A DNA stretch of 63,986 nt, filler included, from Octopus bimaculoides (taxonomy: Eukaryota): assembly GCF_001194135.2 (NCBI RefSeq). It is 5 parts of 5 records of this genome, joined end to end, with 100 filler letters (N's around TTAATTAATTAA, not from the genome) between each part and the next. Parts side by side here need not be neighbours in the genome. Positions count along the whole stretch, not along the records: positions 1 to 16,544 come from NC_069008.1; 4 more parts are not named here. One strand, given 5' to 3'. Position numbers and translations under genes: made by a program. Below the pieces are notes generated by a model. That model searched no databases. It saw nothing but the letters and a program-made list of their open reading frames with translations, and was not told where the DNA came from. Of this stretch, positions 1 through 10,960 are shown one piece after another (the stretch's first letter is position 1; every line of letters starts with the position of its first letter).

Positions 1-13
1 CACACACACACAC

Positions 14-158
14 GACCGGCTTCTTTCAGTTTCCATCTACCAAATCCATTCACAAGGGTCTGATCGTCCTGAGGCTCCAAGGTACCATGCAGTGGAACTG
101 AAACTGGAATTATGTGGTTGGGGAGCAAACACCTTACTACATGGCTAAGACTGTACCT
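14..158 (-). mobile_element. tRNA-derived SINE family A, 5' half (degenerate)
   Basis: Reverse complement matches the first ~150 nt of the full copy at 8913-9370 (ttctttcagtttccatctaccaaatcc). Confidence 0.8.
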
Positions 159-229
159 ATGAGCCATGCCTGTGTCTGTTCCTTTAAAGAAATAACAAGT
201 TCAAGCCCATGTTCTTTTCTCTCGTTATG

Positions 230-1080
230 CATGGTCTGATCAATAAGTATCTGGACTGTTGTCATAGTAACGAAGCTAAAGCACACAGAGTAAAGCCGCT
301 TGGTACATATTGACCTTGAACTCTGCTGCGCTTGCACACCAAGTTTTAACGTTCTAGCTCACTTCCGCTATTTACAGCAGTGTTTGGAATGAAGGTGTGT
401 AGCATGTGAGCAGAGAATCTGCATTAAATGCTTAGCGATACCTGCTCAGAGACCTACACAAAGTTTTGAAAAAGTTCTCATTGTTCTCGACACAATGAAG
501 GAGATCTGCAACTGAAACTCGAGTGTTTTTATGGTCAGTTGAAAGCAGTTTTGGCACAACTTTAGCAGACATACGCCTCATACCCAAATCTTCAGAGATA
601 ATGGACTGAACTGAGCCGTAACTAATCTTCATATTTTCTGATAACTTATGGATGGTGATTTGATGGTTTCCCTTCACAGCTGCATACACATCTACGATGC
701 TTTTCTCAGTTCTACTGGCTGCGGGTCTCCCAGAATGCTCGTCTATATGGACATTTTTTCAGCCATCTTGGAAATGTCTGAAGCACTTGTAGACTTGCGT
801 GTGTTTCATACACTCTTCTCCATACACTGTCTGCAACTTTACATAAGCCTCTGAGCAGGTATCACCATGACAACTTTCTCTGTCATAGTCAATGCAATGA
901 TCACACACTACACACCTTCCTTCCAAGCACTGTTGTAAACAGTAGATGTGAGCTAGAACCTTAAAACTTAGTTCACATGCACAGCAGAGGTCAAGGTCAA
1001 TTTGTGCCAAGTGGCTTCATTTTGAGTGCTTTAGCTTCATTACTATGGCAACAGTCTGGATACTTATTGTTCAGAACTTG
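230..1080 (-). mobile_element. Non-autonomous mariner derivative with ~240-bp inverted ends
   Basis: Minus-strand transposase N-terminus (AYVKLQTVYGEECMKHTQVYKCFRHFQDG; SYGSVQSIISEDLGMRRMSAKVVPKLL). Inverted repeats 230-~465 and ~835-1080. TA at 1081-1082 and TG at 228-229. Confidence 0.85.
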
Positions 1081-1456
1081 TACAGGTATGGGTGAGTGTG
1101 TGTGTATGTGTGTGTATATGTGCATGTGTCTTCCTCGAAATTGTTGGCCTTTTGCAAAAATTTTACCCTTCCCCTTCTTATTTTTACTATCTTCTTACTT
1201 TTTAGAGAGACATTTCAACTACAAAGGAAACTTTACATGGAAGAAACCTTTAGAAGACTGTTCTGTGACTCTGAGCACCAATTCAGCAGAAACAGGTAAA
1301 CTAAAGCAATATGATTAACATTGTTGTTTGATATTTAGTCCTCTCTCCATCAGGCTAGCCTTGGCTGTCGCCTTCTTATCATTTATTTAGATTTAGCATT
1401 GAGATGAATTGTTAATAAGATAAGAATGTTTTTGGACTATTAACCATGTCCTTCAG

Positions 1457-1590
1457 TGGCTTAGTGCTTAGGGTGTTGGGTTCACGACCGCAAGATTGTG
1501 GTTTCCATCCCTGGCCTGGATGAGCCATTGTGTTCTTGAACAAAACACTTCATTTCACGTTGCTCCAGTCCACTCAACTGTAGATATGAG
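1457..1590 (+). mobile_element. tRNA-headed SINE with CORE-like body, 3'-truncated
   Basis: A-box-like tggcttagtg, followed by the cttgaacaaaacacttcatttcacgttgctccagtccactca body shared with 4925, 5390, 18920 and 39780. Confidence 0.75.
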
Positions 1591-1724
1591 TTTAGCCTGG
1601 AGAGGGATGGGCTCTGCCAGGCTTTCTCGCCCTAGGTATACTGCATGGCTGCAGCACCCCAGTGACAACCAAGGGGTTTAGGGGCTTGTCATTGTCATTG
1701 CCTTGTCAGTAGCCCAGTGAATAA

Positions 1725-1850
1725 GAATATCTTGCTGCATGGTTATCATTATCAGAGAGAGAACTCATGACAAGAAAGACCCAAGCCTGGAATGTCACCA
1801 GCAAACTAGACAGGATCTGGCAGTTATTGCTCCCAAGAAGACAAAAAGTC
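1725..1850 (+). mobile_element. RTE-like LINE fragment (post-RT region)
   Basis: Translates as EYLAAWLSLSERELMTRKTQAWNVTSKLDRIWQLLLPRRQK, resembling the recalled RTE motif KYLGSWI..SEKD...RKAQAW.A..KL.KIW. Confidence 0.5.
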
Positions 1851-1933
1851 ATGATCCGATCAACGGAACAGCCTGCTCGTGAAATTAACATGCAAGTGGC
1901 TGAGCACTCCACAGACACGTGTACCCTTAACGT
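1851..1933 (-). mobile_element. SINE tail module T1 fragment
   Basis: Reverse complement nearly identical to 9961-10040. Confidence 0.85.
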
Positions 1934-1934
1934 A

Positions 1935-2138
1935 TGCATGTGTGTATATGTTTGTGTGTCTGTGTTTGTCCCCCCAACTTCGCTTGACAACTTCCCCGTA
2001 ACTTAGCGGTTCGGCAAAAAGAGACCGATAGAATAAGTACTAGGCTTACAAAGAATTAGTCCTGGGGTCGATTTGCTCGACTAAAAGGCGGTGCCCCAGC
2101 ATGGCCGCAGTCAAATGACTGAGACAAGTAAAAGAGTA
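1935..2138 (+). mobile_element. SINE family A 3' half (young, CpG-retaining copy)
   Basis: Matches 9150-9370; ends in gagacaagtaaaagagta at the gap edge. Confidence 0.85.
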
Positions 2139-2707
2139 NNNNNNNNNNNNNNNNNNNNNNNNNNNNNNNNNNNNNNNNNNNNNNNNNNNNNNNNNNNNNN
2201 NNNNNNNNNNNNNNNNNNNNNNNNNNNNNNNNNNNNNNNNNNNNNNNNNNNNNNNNNNNNNNNNNNNNNNNNNNNNNNNNNNNNNNNNNNNNNNNNNNNN
2301 NNNNNNNNNNNNNNNNNNNNNNNNNNNNNNNNNNNNNNNNNNNNNNNNNNNNNNNNNNNNNNNNNNNNNNNNNNNNNNNNNNNNNNNNNNNNNNNNNNNN
2401 NNNNNNNNNNNNNNNNNNNNNNNNNNNNNNNNNNNNNNNNNNNNNNNNNNNNNNNNNNNNNNNNNNNNNNNNNNNNNNNNNNNNNNNNNNNNNNNNNNNN
2501 NNNNNNNNNNNNNNNNNNNNNNNNNNNNNNNNNNNNNNNNNNNNNNNNNNNNNNNNNNNNNNNNNNNNNNNNNNNNNNNNNNNNNNNNNNNNNNNNNNNN
2601 NNNNNNNNNNNNNNNNNNNNNNNNNNNNNNNNNNNNNNNNNNNNNNNNNNNNNNNNNNNNNNNNNNNNNNNNNNNNNNNNNNNNNNNNNNNNNNNNNNNN
2701 NNNNNNN

Positions 2708-2833
2708 GGATCAGCAAACATTTGCTTCACCACATACCGGAGTTCAGAAATAGCAGCTATCTGTTGGAGTCTCAGCTTTTTTAGCTGCTATTTCTGAACT
2801 TCGGTATGTGGTGAAGCAAATGTTTGCTGATCC
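2708..2833. repeat. Near-perfect inverted repeat, 52-bp arms, 22-nt loop
   Basis: 2708-2759 is the reverse complement of 2782-2833 with one difference, which is a G-U pair on the + strand. Confidence 0.95.
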
Positions 2834-3312
2834 CTTAATTATGTTTATAAATGTATAAGAACTTTTAAATAAGTTCTCCACCGATAATGGTATTTACACA
2901 CCGAAGGGCTTGGTAAAAATTATTAATTGTTGATTTATTAATAAATTAATAAATTGATAAACCTTTACCCTTTTAATTGTAATATATATATATATATATA
3001 TATGGAGAGAGATAGAGAGAAGACAATAAGGTATCATTTGAAGGAAATTCAGTAGCTATTTCTGGCAGGATGAATGACCATATTGACACAGTAATCAAAT
3101 ATAGTGTAGATGTAAAAAAAAAAAACAGACTAAAATACTAAAATAAGCACAGAAATAAAGGTTTGTAGTTCAAATAGAGTGAGGTACTCTGTAAACACCC
3201 AGTAATAAAACATAAAGTGCTTATAATGACAGATAAAGTAGATGTAAATATGAAGAGATCCTCCATCTGTAATGTTGAGGTTTATGACAAGTCCTGAAAA
3301 TTTTCAAGTTTA

Positions 3313-3700
3313 ATGCCTGTGTGGTGACATGTAAAAGCACCTGTACAGTGCCACATAAAAGTGCCTGTGCAGTGCTACATAATAGTACCTGTGTAGTGAC
3401 ACATAAAAGCACTTGTATAGTGCCACATAAAAGTGCCTGTGCAGTGCCATGAAAAAGTGCCTATGCAATGTCACGTAAAAGTGCCTGTGTAAAAACACTC
3501 ATGTGGTGCCCTGTAAAAACGCCTGTGTGACACTACATAAACGCACCCAGCACACTCTGTAAAGTGGTTGGCATTAGGAAGGGCATCCAACCGTAGAAAC
3601 CAACTCAGACTGGAGTCTGGTGCAGCTCCCCAGTTTGCCATGTCTGGTCAAACCGTCCAACCCATGCCAGTATGGACAATGGACATTAAATGATGATAAA
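3313..3700 (+). mobile_element. SINE-like family B with an internal 24-bp tandem array (~10 units) and (GAT)n tail
   Basis: Unit aaaagtgcctgtgcagtgccacat at 3313-3545, then gtggttggcattaggaagggcatcc...acccatgccagtatgg...attaaatgatgat shared with 6910-7180. Confidence 0.75.
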
Positions 3701-3885
3701 TAACCATAAAATTTGTTTCTTGTCTTCAGCAGCAATTGTTGATACTCCAACAATGAATATTAGAAAGATTTTACGCATTGGGCTTTCAAAGAGACAGAAA
3801 ATACCTGCACTCCATCCATATATTAAGAGAAGAAGAATCGATGATGAGTGATGTATAAAGAGTTCTGTTATTTGTACTTTATACT

Positions 3886-4075
3886 TTAACCTTTTAGCGC
3901 TTATGTTCAAAATGACCAGATCTGGTCTCTCACACCTATCCCACCATGTCATTCTAAAAATAAGCAATCACATCATCAAAATCTTGAAGCTTCAAGCTAA
4001 TGCGTGGTTCATTTAAAGTAATATAAATAAATAAGCATTACATTCGACAGAGTTACCTGAATGCTAAAGTATCCT
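3886..4075. mobile_element. Degenerate TTAA-type (piggyBac-like) MITE
   Basis: Left end ttaaccttttagc and right end gaatgctaaag are imperfect inverted termini; the right TTAA is not preserved. Confidence 0.4.
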
Positions 4076-4329
4076 GTAGTTTATAAATGTGTGTGTGTGT
4101 CTGTGTGCGTGTGTGTGAGTGTGCGCACGTGTGTGTGTGAGCGTGCGCACGTGTGTGTTTGCGAGTGTGTATGTACATGAGCGTAAGTGTATATGAGTTT
4201 GTGAAAGTGTGAGTGTGTCTGTATGTACATGAGTGTGTGACTGTCTGTGTGTGTAAGTGTGTGTGAGTGTGTGCGTTTCTGTCTCTTTGTCTTGATATTG
4301 CATGAGACTCATAAACGAGTGTCACTGTC

Positions 4330-4500
4330 ATACAAAGAGTGTCATTCATTTCCAGTATTCTCCGAGAATATGTCTGACCATAGGAAAATGCTACCTTGCT
4401 TGGAAGGGCAGCTGGTTATAGAAAATCTGTCTCAGAGTTTGTCCAATCAATGCAAGCATGGAAAAGTGGGCACTAAAAGATGATGATGATGATGATGATG
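4330..4500 (+). mobile_element. SINE-like 3' fragment with (GAT)n tail, related to family B tail
   Basis: ggaagggca...gtccaatcaatgcaagcatggaaaagtgggcactaaaagatgatgat; similar to 27050-27195. Confidence 0.6.
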
Positions 4501-4924
4501 GTTGCTGTTGCAGTTGTTGTTGTTGTTGTTGTTGTTGTTTTTGTTTTTGTTGTTGTTGTTGTTGTGATGGGGGTGATGGTGGTGGTTGCCTGACCCAAAG
4601 TTAGCCTTACTGAATGAGACATTCCATCAAAGACATTCCTACCTTGACCACCTTGCCATTTTGTGTAGCCAAGACTACATTATTCAAGGCGTCCCTCCAT
4701 TCTTTTGAGACAAGATGATGTGATTTCACTGCCAATTGTAGCAAGTCAAGCCACCGCTTAGAGGTTCCCTTCAAACCAAAATACTCCAGATCTGTTAATG
4801 TTAAATTAAAATTTTGTTGTTGTTGTTGCTGTTGTTGTTTAATCTTGTCTTTTATTCAGGCATAAAGTCTCTAAGACTACATTATCCAATGTGTCGTTTC
4901 TTCTTCTTTTAAGATATAAGAGCT

Positions 4925-5205
4925 GTGTGTTATGATCTTGAGCAAGACACTCTATTTTCACCTTGCTCCAGTTCACTCAGCTGTAAAAATGAATTGCAAC
5001 ATCACTGGTTTCCAGCTGTACCGGCCTTTGCCTTTCCCTTGGACAACATCAGTAATGTGGAGAGGGGAGGGTGGTATGCATGGGTGATTGCTGGCCTTCC
5101 ACAAAACAACCTTGCCCAGACTTGTGCCTTGAATGGGAACATTCCAGGTGCAATCCCATGGTCATTCATGAGTGAAGTGGGGTCTTTACACCAGAGAGCA
5201 ATGTG
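4925..5205 (+). mobile_element. CORE-like SINE body joined to a third tail (T3)
   Basis: cttgagcaagacactctattttcaccttgctccagttcactcagctgtaaaaatgaa followed by sequence unrelated to T1 or T2. Confidence 0.6.
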
Positions 5206-5285
5206 ATTAAGTTATAGTCACTATTTCCTACAAGTTGTGTGGCCACATAAAAAGCTGTTTTGTTGGTTTCTGATGCTGCCATTCA

Positions 5286-5575
5286 AGTGGAGGTGTATGA
5301 CCTCTAGTGGAGGTGTATGACCTCTAGTGGAGGTGCATGGCTTAGTGATTAGGGTGTTGGACTCATGATTGTAAGATTGTGGTTTTGATTCCTAGACCAG
5401 GCGACACATTGTGCTCTTGAGCAAAACACTTCATTTCATGTTACTCCAGTTCACTTAGTTGGCAAAAATGAGTTATCCTGTGATGGACTGGTGTCCTGTC
5501 CAAGTGGGGAATTTATACACCCTGAAAACTAGGAAACTGGCCCTTATGAGTTGGCATGACTCAAGAAGGTAACCT
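5286..5575 (+). mobile_element. SINE: tRNA head + CORE-like body + tail T2, with 5' 20-bp tandem repeat
   Basis: agtggaggtgtatgacctct x2, then head, CORE-like body and cctgtgatggactggtgtcctgtcc tail shared with 11726-11830. Confidence 0.8.
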
Positions 5576-5869
5576 TCGCTTAACTTTACTTATCTCCAAA
5601 TTGTGTATCTAAGTCTATATTACCTAAGTTCCAATTCGGACCTATAATGAAATAGGGGTTCCAGCCATAGACATCCCATTTTATTTAGACAGCATATCTA
5701 AGAATGCTCACTGAATACACGTAGGGGTTCATTCCAAAGTTGGGCAATATGGTTTCTTCTGGTCAGTGTTGTAACACCATGAGGGTTCTTCTGGGTGGGT
5801 CATTGGTCCTCCACAGAACAGTCAGATGATAGGGCAGCTGTCCTGACGATGTGCTGTGGGTCACCGTTA

Positions 5870-6110
5870 GTCTGGAACCTCCCCAGAACACCAAGAACAC
5901 CAGTCTACCCAGGGTGGCCCTGCCAGGAGCAAAACTCCAGATGGTAGTGCTCTCTTGGATCTATGGAACATGCAAACTCCCTCACTATGACAAGAGCAGA
6001 CCCAGGCGGGGGATGCAGAGAGGCTGGTACAAAATTGCCAACGATGGAGAGCACTGGTGGACTTTGTCAGCTGTACACATGATGATGTCTTTGGGACCAC
6101 TATGACCCCA
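5870..6110 (+). mobile_element. Degenerate RTE-group LINE C-terminal fragment
   Basis: LPRVAL...(TPDG in a shifted frame)...GWYKIANDGEHWWTLSAVH resembles RTE/RTEX PR.AL.W.P.G...W..IA.DR..WR termini. Confidence 0.45.
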
Positions 6111-6909
6111 GCCCCATCAAACAAGAGCATCAAGCAAGCGTCTAAAAATCCATTATTCAACGTGTCATTCCTTGTTGGCATCAACTTTGATAAAACAATT
6201 CTATGATCAAATAGGTGTTCCATACATGACCAACCCATTTTTTATTCAGACATAGCTGTCTTCCTTTTTTTTTCTTAAACAGTAAGATGCTATTTGAGGG
6301 CAGCTTGGCTGTTGTTTCTTTTACAGCAGACTGAGTGATTAAATTAAACTTCATGTACTAGTGTTAGGAGTGTTGTGTTGTGGTTGTGTTATATCTAACA
6401 CATACACACACACACACACACACATTCACACACTCATGCATGCACATGCACACACACACACATGCACACATACACACATGCACACACAACATACACATAC
6501 ACACTCATGCACACATACATCCCCCCCCCACACAGAAGTTAAGTCCTGAAATGAGAAGTTAAACCAGTCCTCTTCCTTCCAGTCAATTCATCATGTTGAA
6601 CATTTTTTTCTCTCTCCATTTTTTACACTCTCTCCCTATTTTTTCCCTTCTCAATCTTTCTTGTGGAAGAGCATAGGCACAAAACATCAAAGACATTTTC
6701 ATTCTTCCTGATTGTCAAACTAATACACCTGATTGCTGTTCCCTCACCTGTCTTTGTCTTTTGTTTTCTATAAATTTGAACCACACACACATACACACAC
6801 ACACACACTCTCTCTCTTTCACTCTCATCCTCCCTCCCTCCCTCCCTCCCTTTTTCATCTCCCTTCCTATCTCTCTCACTCTTTCTCTTCTCTCTCCCCT
6901 CTCTCTCTG

Positions 6910-7180
6910 CTACATAAAAAGCATCCAATCCACACTGTGAAGTGGTTGGCATTTGGAAGGGCATGCAGTTGAAAATCCATGTCAAAAATACCTCGCCTGT
7001 GCTGGTGCCATGTAAAAAGCACTCAGTCCACTCTGTGGGGTGGTTGGTGTTAGGAAGGGCATCATGCCATAAAAACCATTCCAAACAGACACAGTAGCCT
7101 AGTATAGTCTTCTACCTGGTTGGCTCCTGTCAAACCATTCAACCCATGCCAGCATGGAAGACAGACATTAAATGATGATA
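6910..7180 (+). mobile_element. SINE-like family B with a duplicated internal module
   Basis: aaaaagca...gtggttggc/tgtt...ggaagggcat occurs twice; (GAT) tail at the 3' end. Confidence 0.75.
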
Positions 7181-8099
7181 TATATATACACATAGATAGA
7201 TATATCTTTTTAGGAAGTTGATTGTTAAGGCTGGTCAGAGAGCAACCATTGGTTTCACACCTATAAAGTACTTGGCTGTATAGGTAACTCATCAGACTCA
7301 AATGGCTAAGCCACATAGTCTTTGTACAACTGAAGGAAGGAAGACATCATGGTCAATTAGTTTTGTAAACAAAAAATATGCATCTGAAAAGGCCATGCAG
7401 GAGGTGTTTTCAGGCAGGACAGGGTTATTAACTCTTGCATCAGTTGTTGTTGTGGTTCATTTTGGTGAATTCCACACTTGTAACAGAAAATGTCTGAGAT
7501 GAGAACATTGACTAAATACCTCTTTCCTGGAGTTTAAAAAGGCTCCAGGTTGAGTAAGTTTTTTGTAGGATTCTTGCTCTCTCTTCCAAGCAAAGCTTAC
7601 ATTATTTGCTCCCATTCATATACGTCCCCAGTTCAAGGAACTTCAATTTAATTATGTATGGGGTGACCTCTTTTAAGCACCATATGTGGCTGACCAGGGG
7701 CATGATGTTGCACCTATATTACTGCTCTGATGTTTTAGAGTGCTTCTTTTATGGATATATGAACTACTGATGATAGATAAGACACATAGCATACATACAT
7801 ACATACATACATACATGCATGCATACATACATGCATGCATGCACACACACATACACGTGCGTGCACACACACACACACACACACTGAAAATGGCAAAAGA
7901 TTAAAGGACAATATTTTTTGTTTCATATTTAAAAAAAAATTTTATTCATTTCAGTTTTAATATAAATAAAAAGAAAAAAAATCATTTTTTCTTGTTATTG
8001 TTATTGTTGTTGTTGGCTCTTGTGTGTTATTAAAATGAAAATAAAAACAAAGTTTGATATGAATAATAAAAACTATTTCAACTGCTCAGCTGTTGTTAT

Positions 8100-8640
8100 A
8101 ATTATTGTTGTTTTTGTTGTTCTTTAGCCAGTTGGTCATCTCTGATCTGGGAGATCTCTAATGAAAGCCTCTTGGTTATGACTGTTTCAGTTTATTTTCA
8201 GATTTGATTAATCCAGTGCAACATTAATATTAATGAACATACTGTGTACAATGCTCAGCTGCAGTACAACTCATCAGCAAAAGCAACCAAAACTGCATGA
8301 ACAGTAAGTACATAGTATATGCAGAGGAAGAGAACAGTGAATAGGTCTTCAAAGAAAAAAAAATGGGGAGTCGATGGCATTAGGTGTATTGTTGGTGAAT
8401 TTCAGGAAACATGGAAATTTTGAAGGTTGTAGTGTCCCAACAGCTAACAACTAATGTGGGTAGTTTATTTTATACTTCAGCAATTATGAATATGATAAAT
8501 GTTTCCAAAAGTCATGGATGCTGTGTTGTTATTTGGATTTTGTAAGCATGTCCATGAGTGATAGACATATGGAATTCAAAAAGATGCCCAAGGTTGTTGT
8601 TGGAAAGATTATCAAATGTGTTTCAACTATTCTAAGATAG
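8100..8640 (-). mobile_element. CR1/L2-like LINE 3' end
   Basis: Frameshifted translation THGHAYKIQ..HDFWKH..NKLPTLVVSCWDTTTFK matches the CR1-type C-terminal RGH..K...RKHFF..R....WNKLP..VVS....FK pattern. Confidence 0.65.
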
Positions 8641-8912
8641 TAGTAAAGCGTGATTTTGGGAGGAATTTAGCTGCTATTTCTAGTAGATTGATCAACCACA
8701 TAGAGGTTCTCAGATATTCAGAAAGCAAGAAAGAAGAAAAGAGAGAGAGTATGTGTCAATGTGTTTATTATTACTAATACCATTTTGTGCTATACTATAT
8801 TGCAGTGGTCCACAGCCATGGGCTATGGGTCATTTGCATCCATGGGCCATGGATCATTTGGTACTGGGCTGCACAGAAAGAATAAATTTTAAAATATTAT
8901 CTCTATTTTATT

Positions 8913-9102
8913 GACAGGCATGGCTGTGTGGTAAGAAGCTTGCTTCCCAACCACATGATTCTGAGTTCCATTCCATTGCATGACACCTTGGGCAAGTGTC
9001 TTCTACTATAGCCGCAGGCCAACCAAAGCCTTGTGAGTGGATTTGGTAGACAGAAACTGAAAGAAGCCCATTGTATGTATATATATATATATATATATAT
9101 AA

Positions 9103-9133
<31 letters not shown>

Positions 9134-9370
9134 GATATGTATATGTGTGTGTGTGTCTACGTTTGTCCTCCTGCCATCACTTGACGACCAATGCTGGTGT
9201 GTTTACGTCCCTGTAACTTAGCTGTTCAGCCAAAGAGACTGATAGAATAAGTACTAGGCTTACAAAGAATAAGTTTTGGGGTCAATTTCTTCAACTAAAA
9301 CCCTTTGAGGCAGTGCTCCAGCATGGCCATAGTCAAATGACTAAAACAAGTAAAAGAATAAAAGAATAGA
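8913..9370 (+). mobile_element. Full-length SINE family A (tRNA head, CORE-like segment, internal microsatellite, 3' half)
   Basis: Head ggcatggctgtgtggtaagaag; CORE-like caccttgggcaagtg; internal (TA)/(GATA)/(TG) runs; aaagaata tail. At least eight partial copies occur elsewhere in the window. Confidence 0.85.
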
Positions 9371-9617
9371 ATAGCCACAGTCTATAGAGTGTTTTATTTT
9401 GAAAAGTCAACACTTCCGTCTTTGCCCCTGTCCCACGCTTGTTTTAAGTCACAGGTTTTTCATGGCTCTGATAAACTGAGCCAACAAGTTAACTGTAACA
9501 ATAATAAGAGTGCTACCTTTCTTTATATATATATATTGCAATGTAATGATGGGAGAACCAAAGAGCATAATATACAGTGTCATAATTACGTTTGCAATTA
9601 ATATATGTAATAATAAA

Positions 9618-10250
9618 GGTGGTGAGCTGGTAGAATTGATAGAATGCCAAGCAAAATGCTTAGCGGTATTTTGTCTGTCTTTACATTCTGAGTGTGGAGG
9701 CACAATGGCCCAGTGGTTAGGGCAGCGGACTCGCGGTCATAAGATCACGGTTTTGATTCCCAGACCGGGCGTTGTGAGTGTTTATTGAGTGAAAACACCT
9801 AAAAGCCCCACGAGGTTCCGGCAGGGGATGATGGTGGCGAACCCTGCTGTACTCTTTCACCACAACTTTCTCTCACTCTTACTTCCTGTTTCCGTTGTGC
9901 CTGTATTTCAAAGGGTCAGCCTCGTGACACTGTGTCACGCTGAATAGCCCTGAGAACTATGTTAAGGGTACACATGTCTGTGGAGTGCTCAGCCACTTGC
10001 ACATTAATTTCACGAGCAGGCTGTTCCGTTGATCGGATCAACTGGAACCCTCGACGTTGTAAGCGACGGAGTGCCAACAACAACAACAACAACATTCTAA
10101 GTTCAAATTTCACCAAGGTCAACTTTACCTTTCATCCTCATATGGCCAATAAGATAAATACCAGTTGATTACTGGTGTCGATGTAACTGACTCATCCCCT
10201 TTCCCTGAAGTTTCTGGCTAAGTGCCAGAATTTAAAACCGATATATGTAA
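9618..10250 (+). mobile_element. SINE family N copy split by a nested SINE
   Basis: Head at 9618-9693 and body resuming at 10092 (gttcaaatttcaccaaggtcaactttacctttcatcc). Confidence 0.8.
9694..10091 (+). mobile_element. SINE: tRNA head + body B2 + tail T1, with 11-bp TSD
   Basis: TSD acattctgagt (9683-9693) and acattctaagt (10092-10102); (AAC)n tail. Confidence 0.9.
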
Positions 10251-10574
10251 TAATTAAATTATGTGTTATATGTGTTTTATGTGCATGATCTCCCAGGCAG
10301 GAAAAAAATGTTCTTGCATGAATCCAGTTCATACTGCAAAAGTTGTAGGGGATTACTGCTCTACTGCACTGCATACCATCCTTGGATGGCATTTGGTGGC
10401 ATATCAGGGGTTTTTTCTATGAGATAAGGTTGCTGGTCACTCACTCAATCATTCTATATTTCAGGAGAAAGGAATACTATTTGTAGTCTCCCACAGCATT
10501 TTTCACGGTGCAATATATACAGTATATGTATACATGTCTTTGTNNNNNNNNNNGTGTGTGTGTGTGTGCATGAG

Positions 10575-10960
10575 TGCCTTTGTGTCTTTGACAATTGGTG
10601 TTGGTGTGTTTATGTCCCTGTAACTTAGCAGTTTGGCAAAAGAGACCAATAGAATAAGTACCAAGTTGAAAAATAAATAAACCCTGAGGGCCAATTCATT
10701 TGACTAAAAACCCTTCAAGGTGCTGCTCCAGCATGGCTGCAGTCTGATGACTGAAACAAATAAAAGAATATATATATATATTCTTTTATTTTTTTCATTT
10801 ACTTGTTTCAGTCATTAGACTGCGGCCATGCTGGAGCACCACCTTGAAGAGTTTGGTCAAACAAATTGATCCCAGGGCTAATTTTTAAGCCTGGTATTTA
10901 TATTAGCAGTCTCTTTTAGCCAGACCACTAAGTTATGGGGGCATAAACAAACCAACACCA
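10575..10960. mobile_element. Tail-to-tail inverted pair of family A 3' halves
   Basis: + copy at ~10575-10775 and - copy at ~10785-10960, separated by a short (TA)n. Confidence 0.8.

Noticed and set aside
9694-9775. tRNA genes at SINE heads (also 5326, 11960-12036, 18841)
   Set aside because: A/B-box-like motifs are present, but no complete cloverleaf with a paired acceptor stem; each continues into SINE body sequence.
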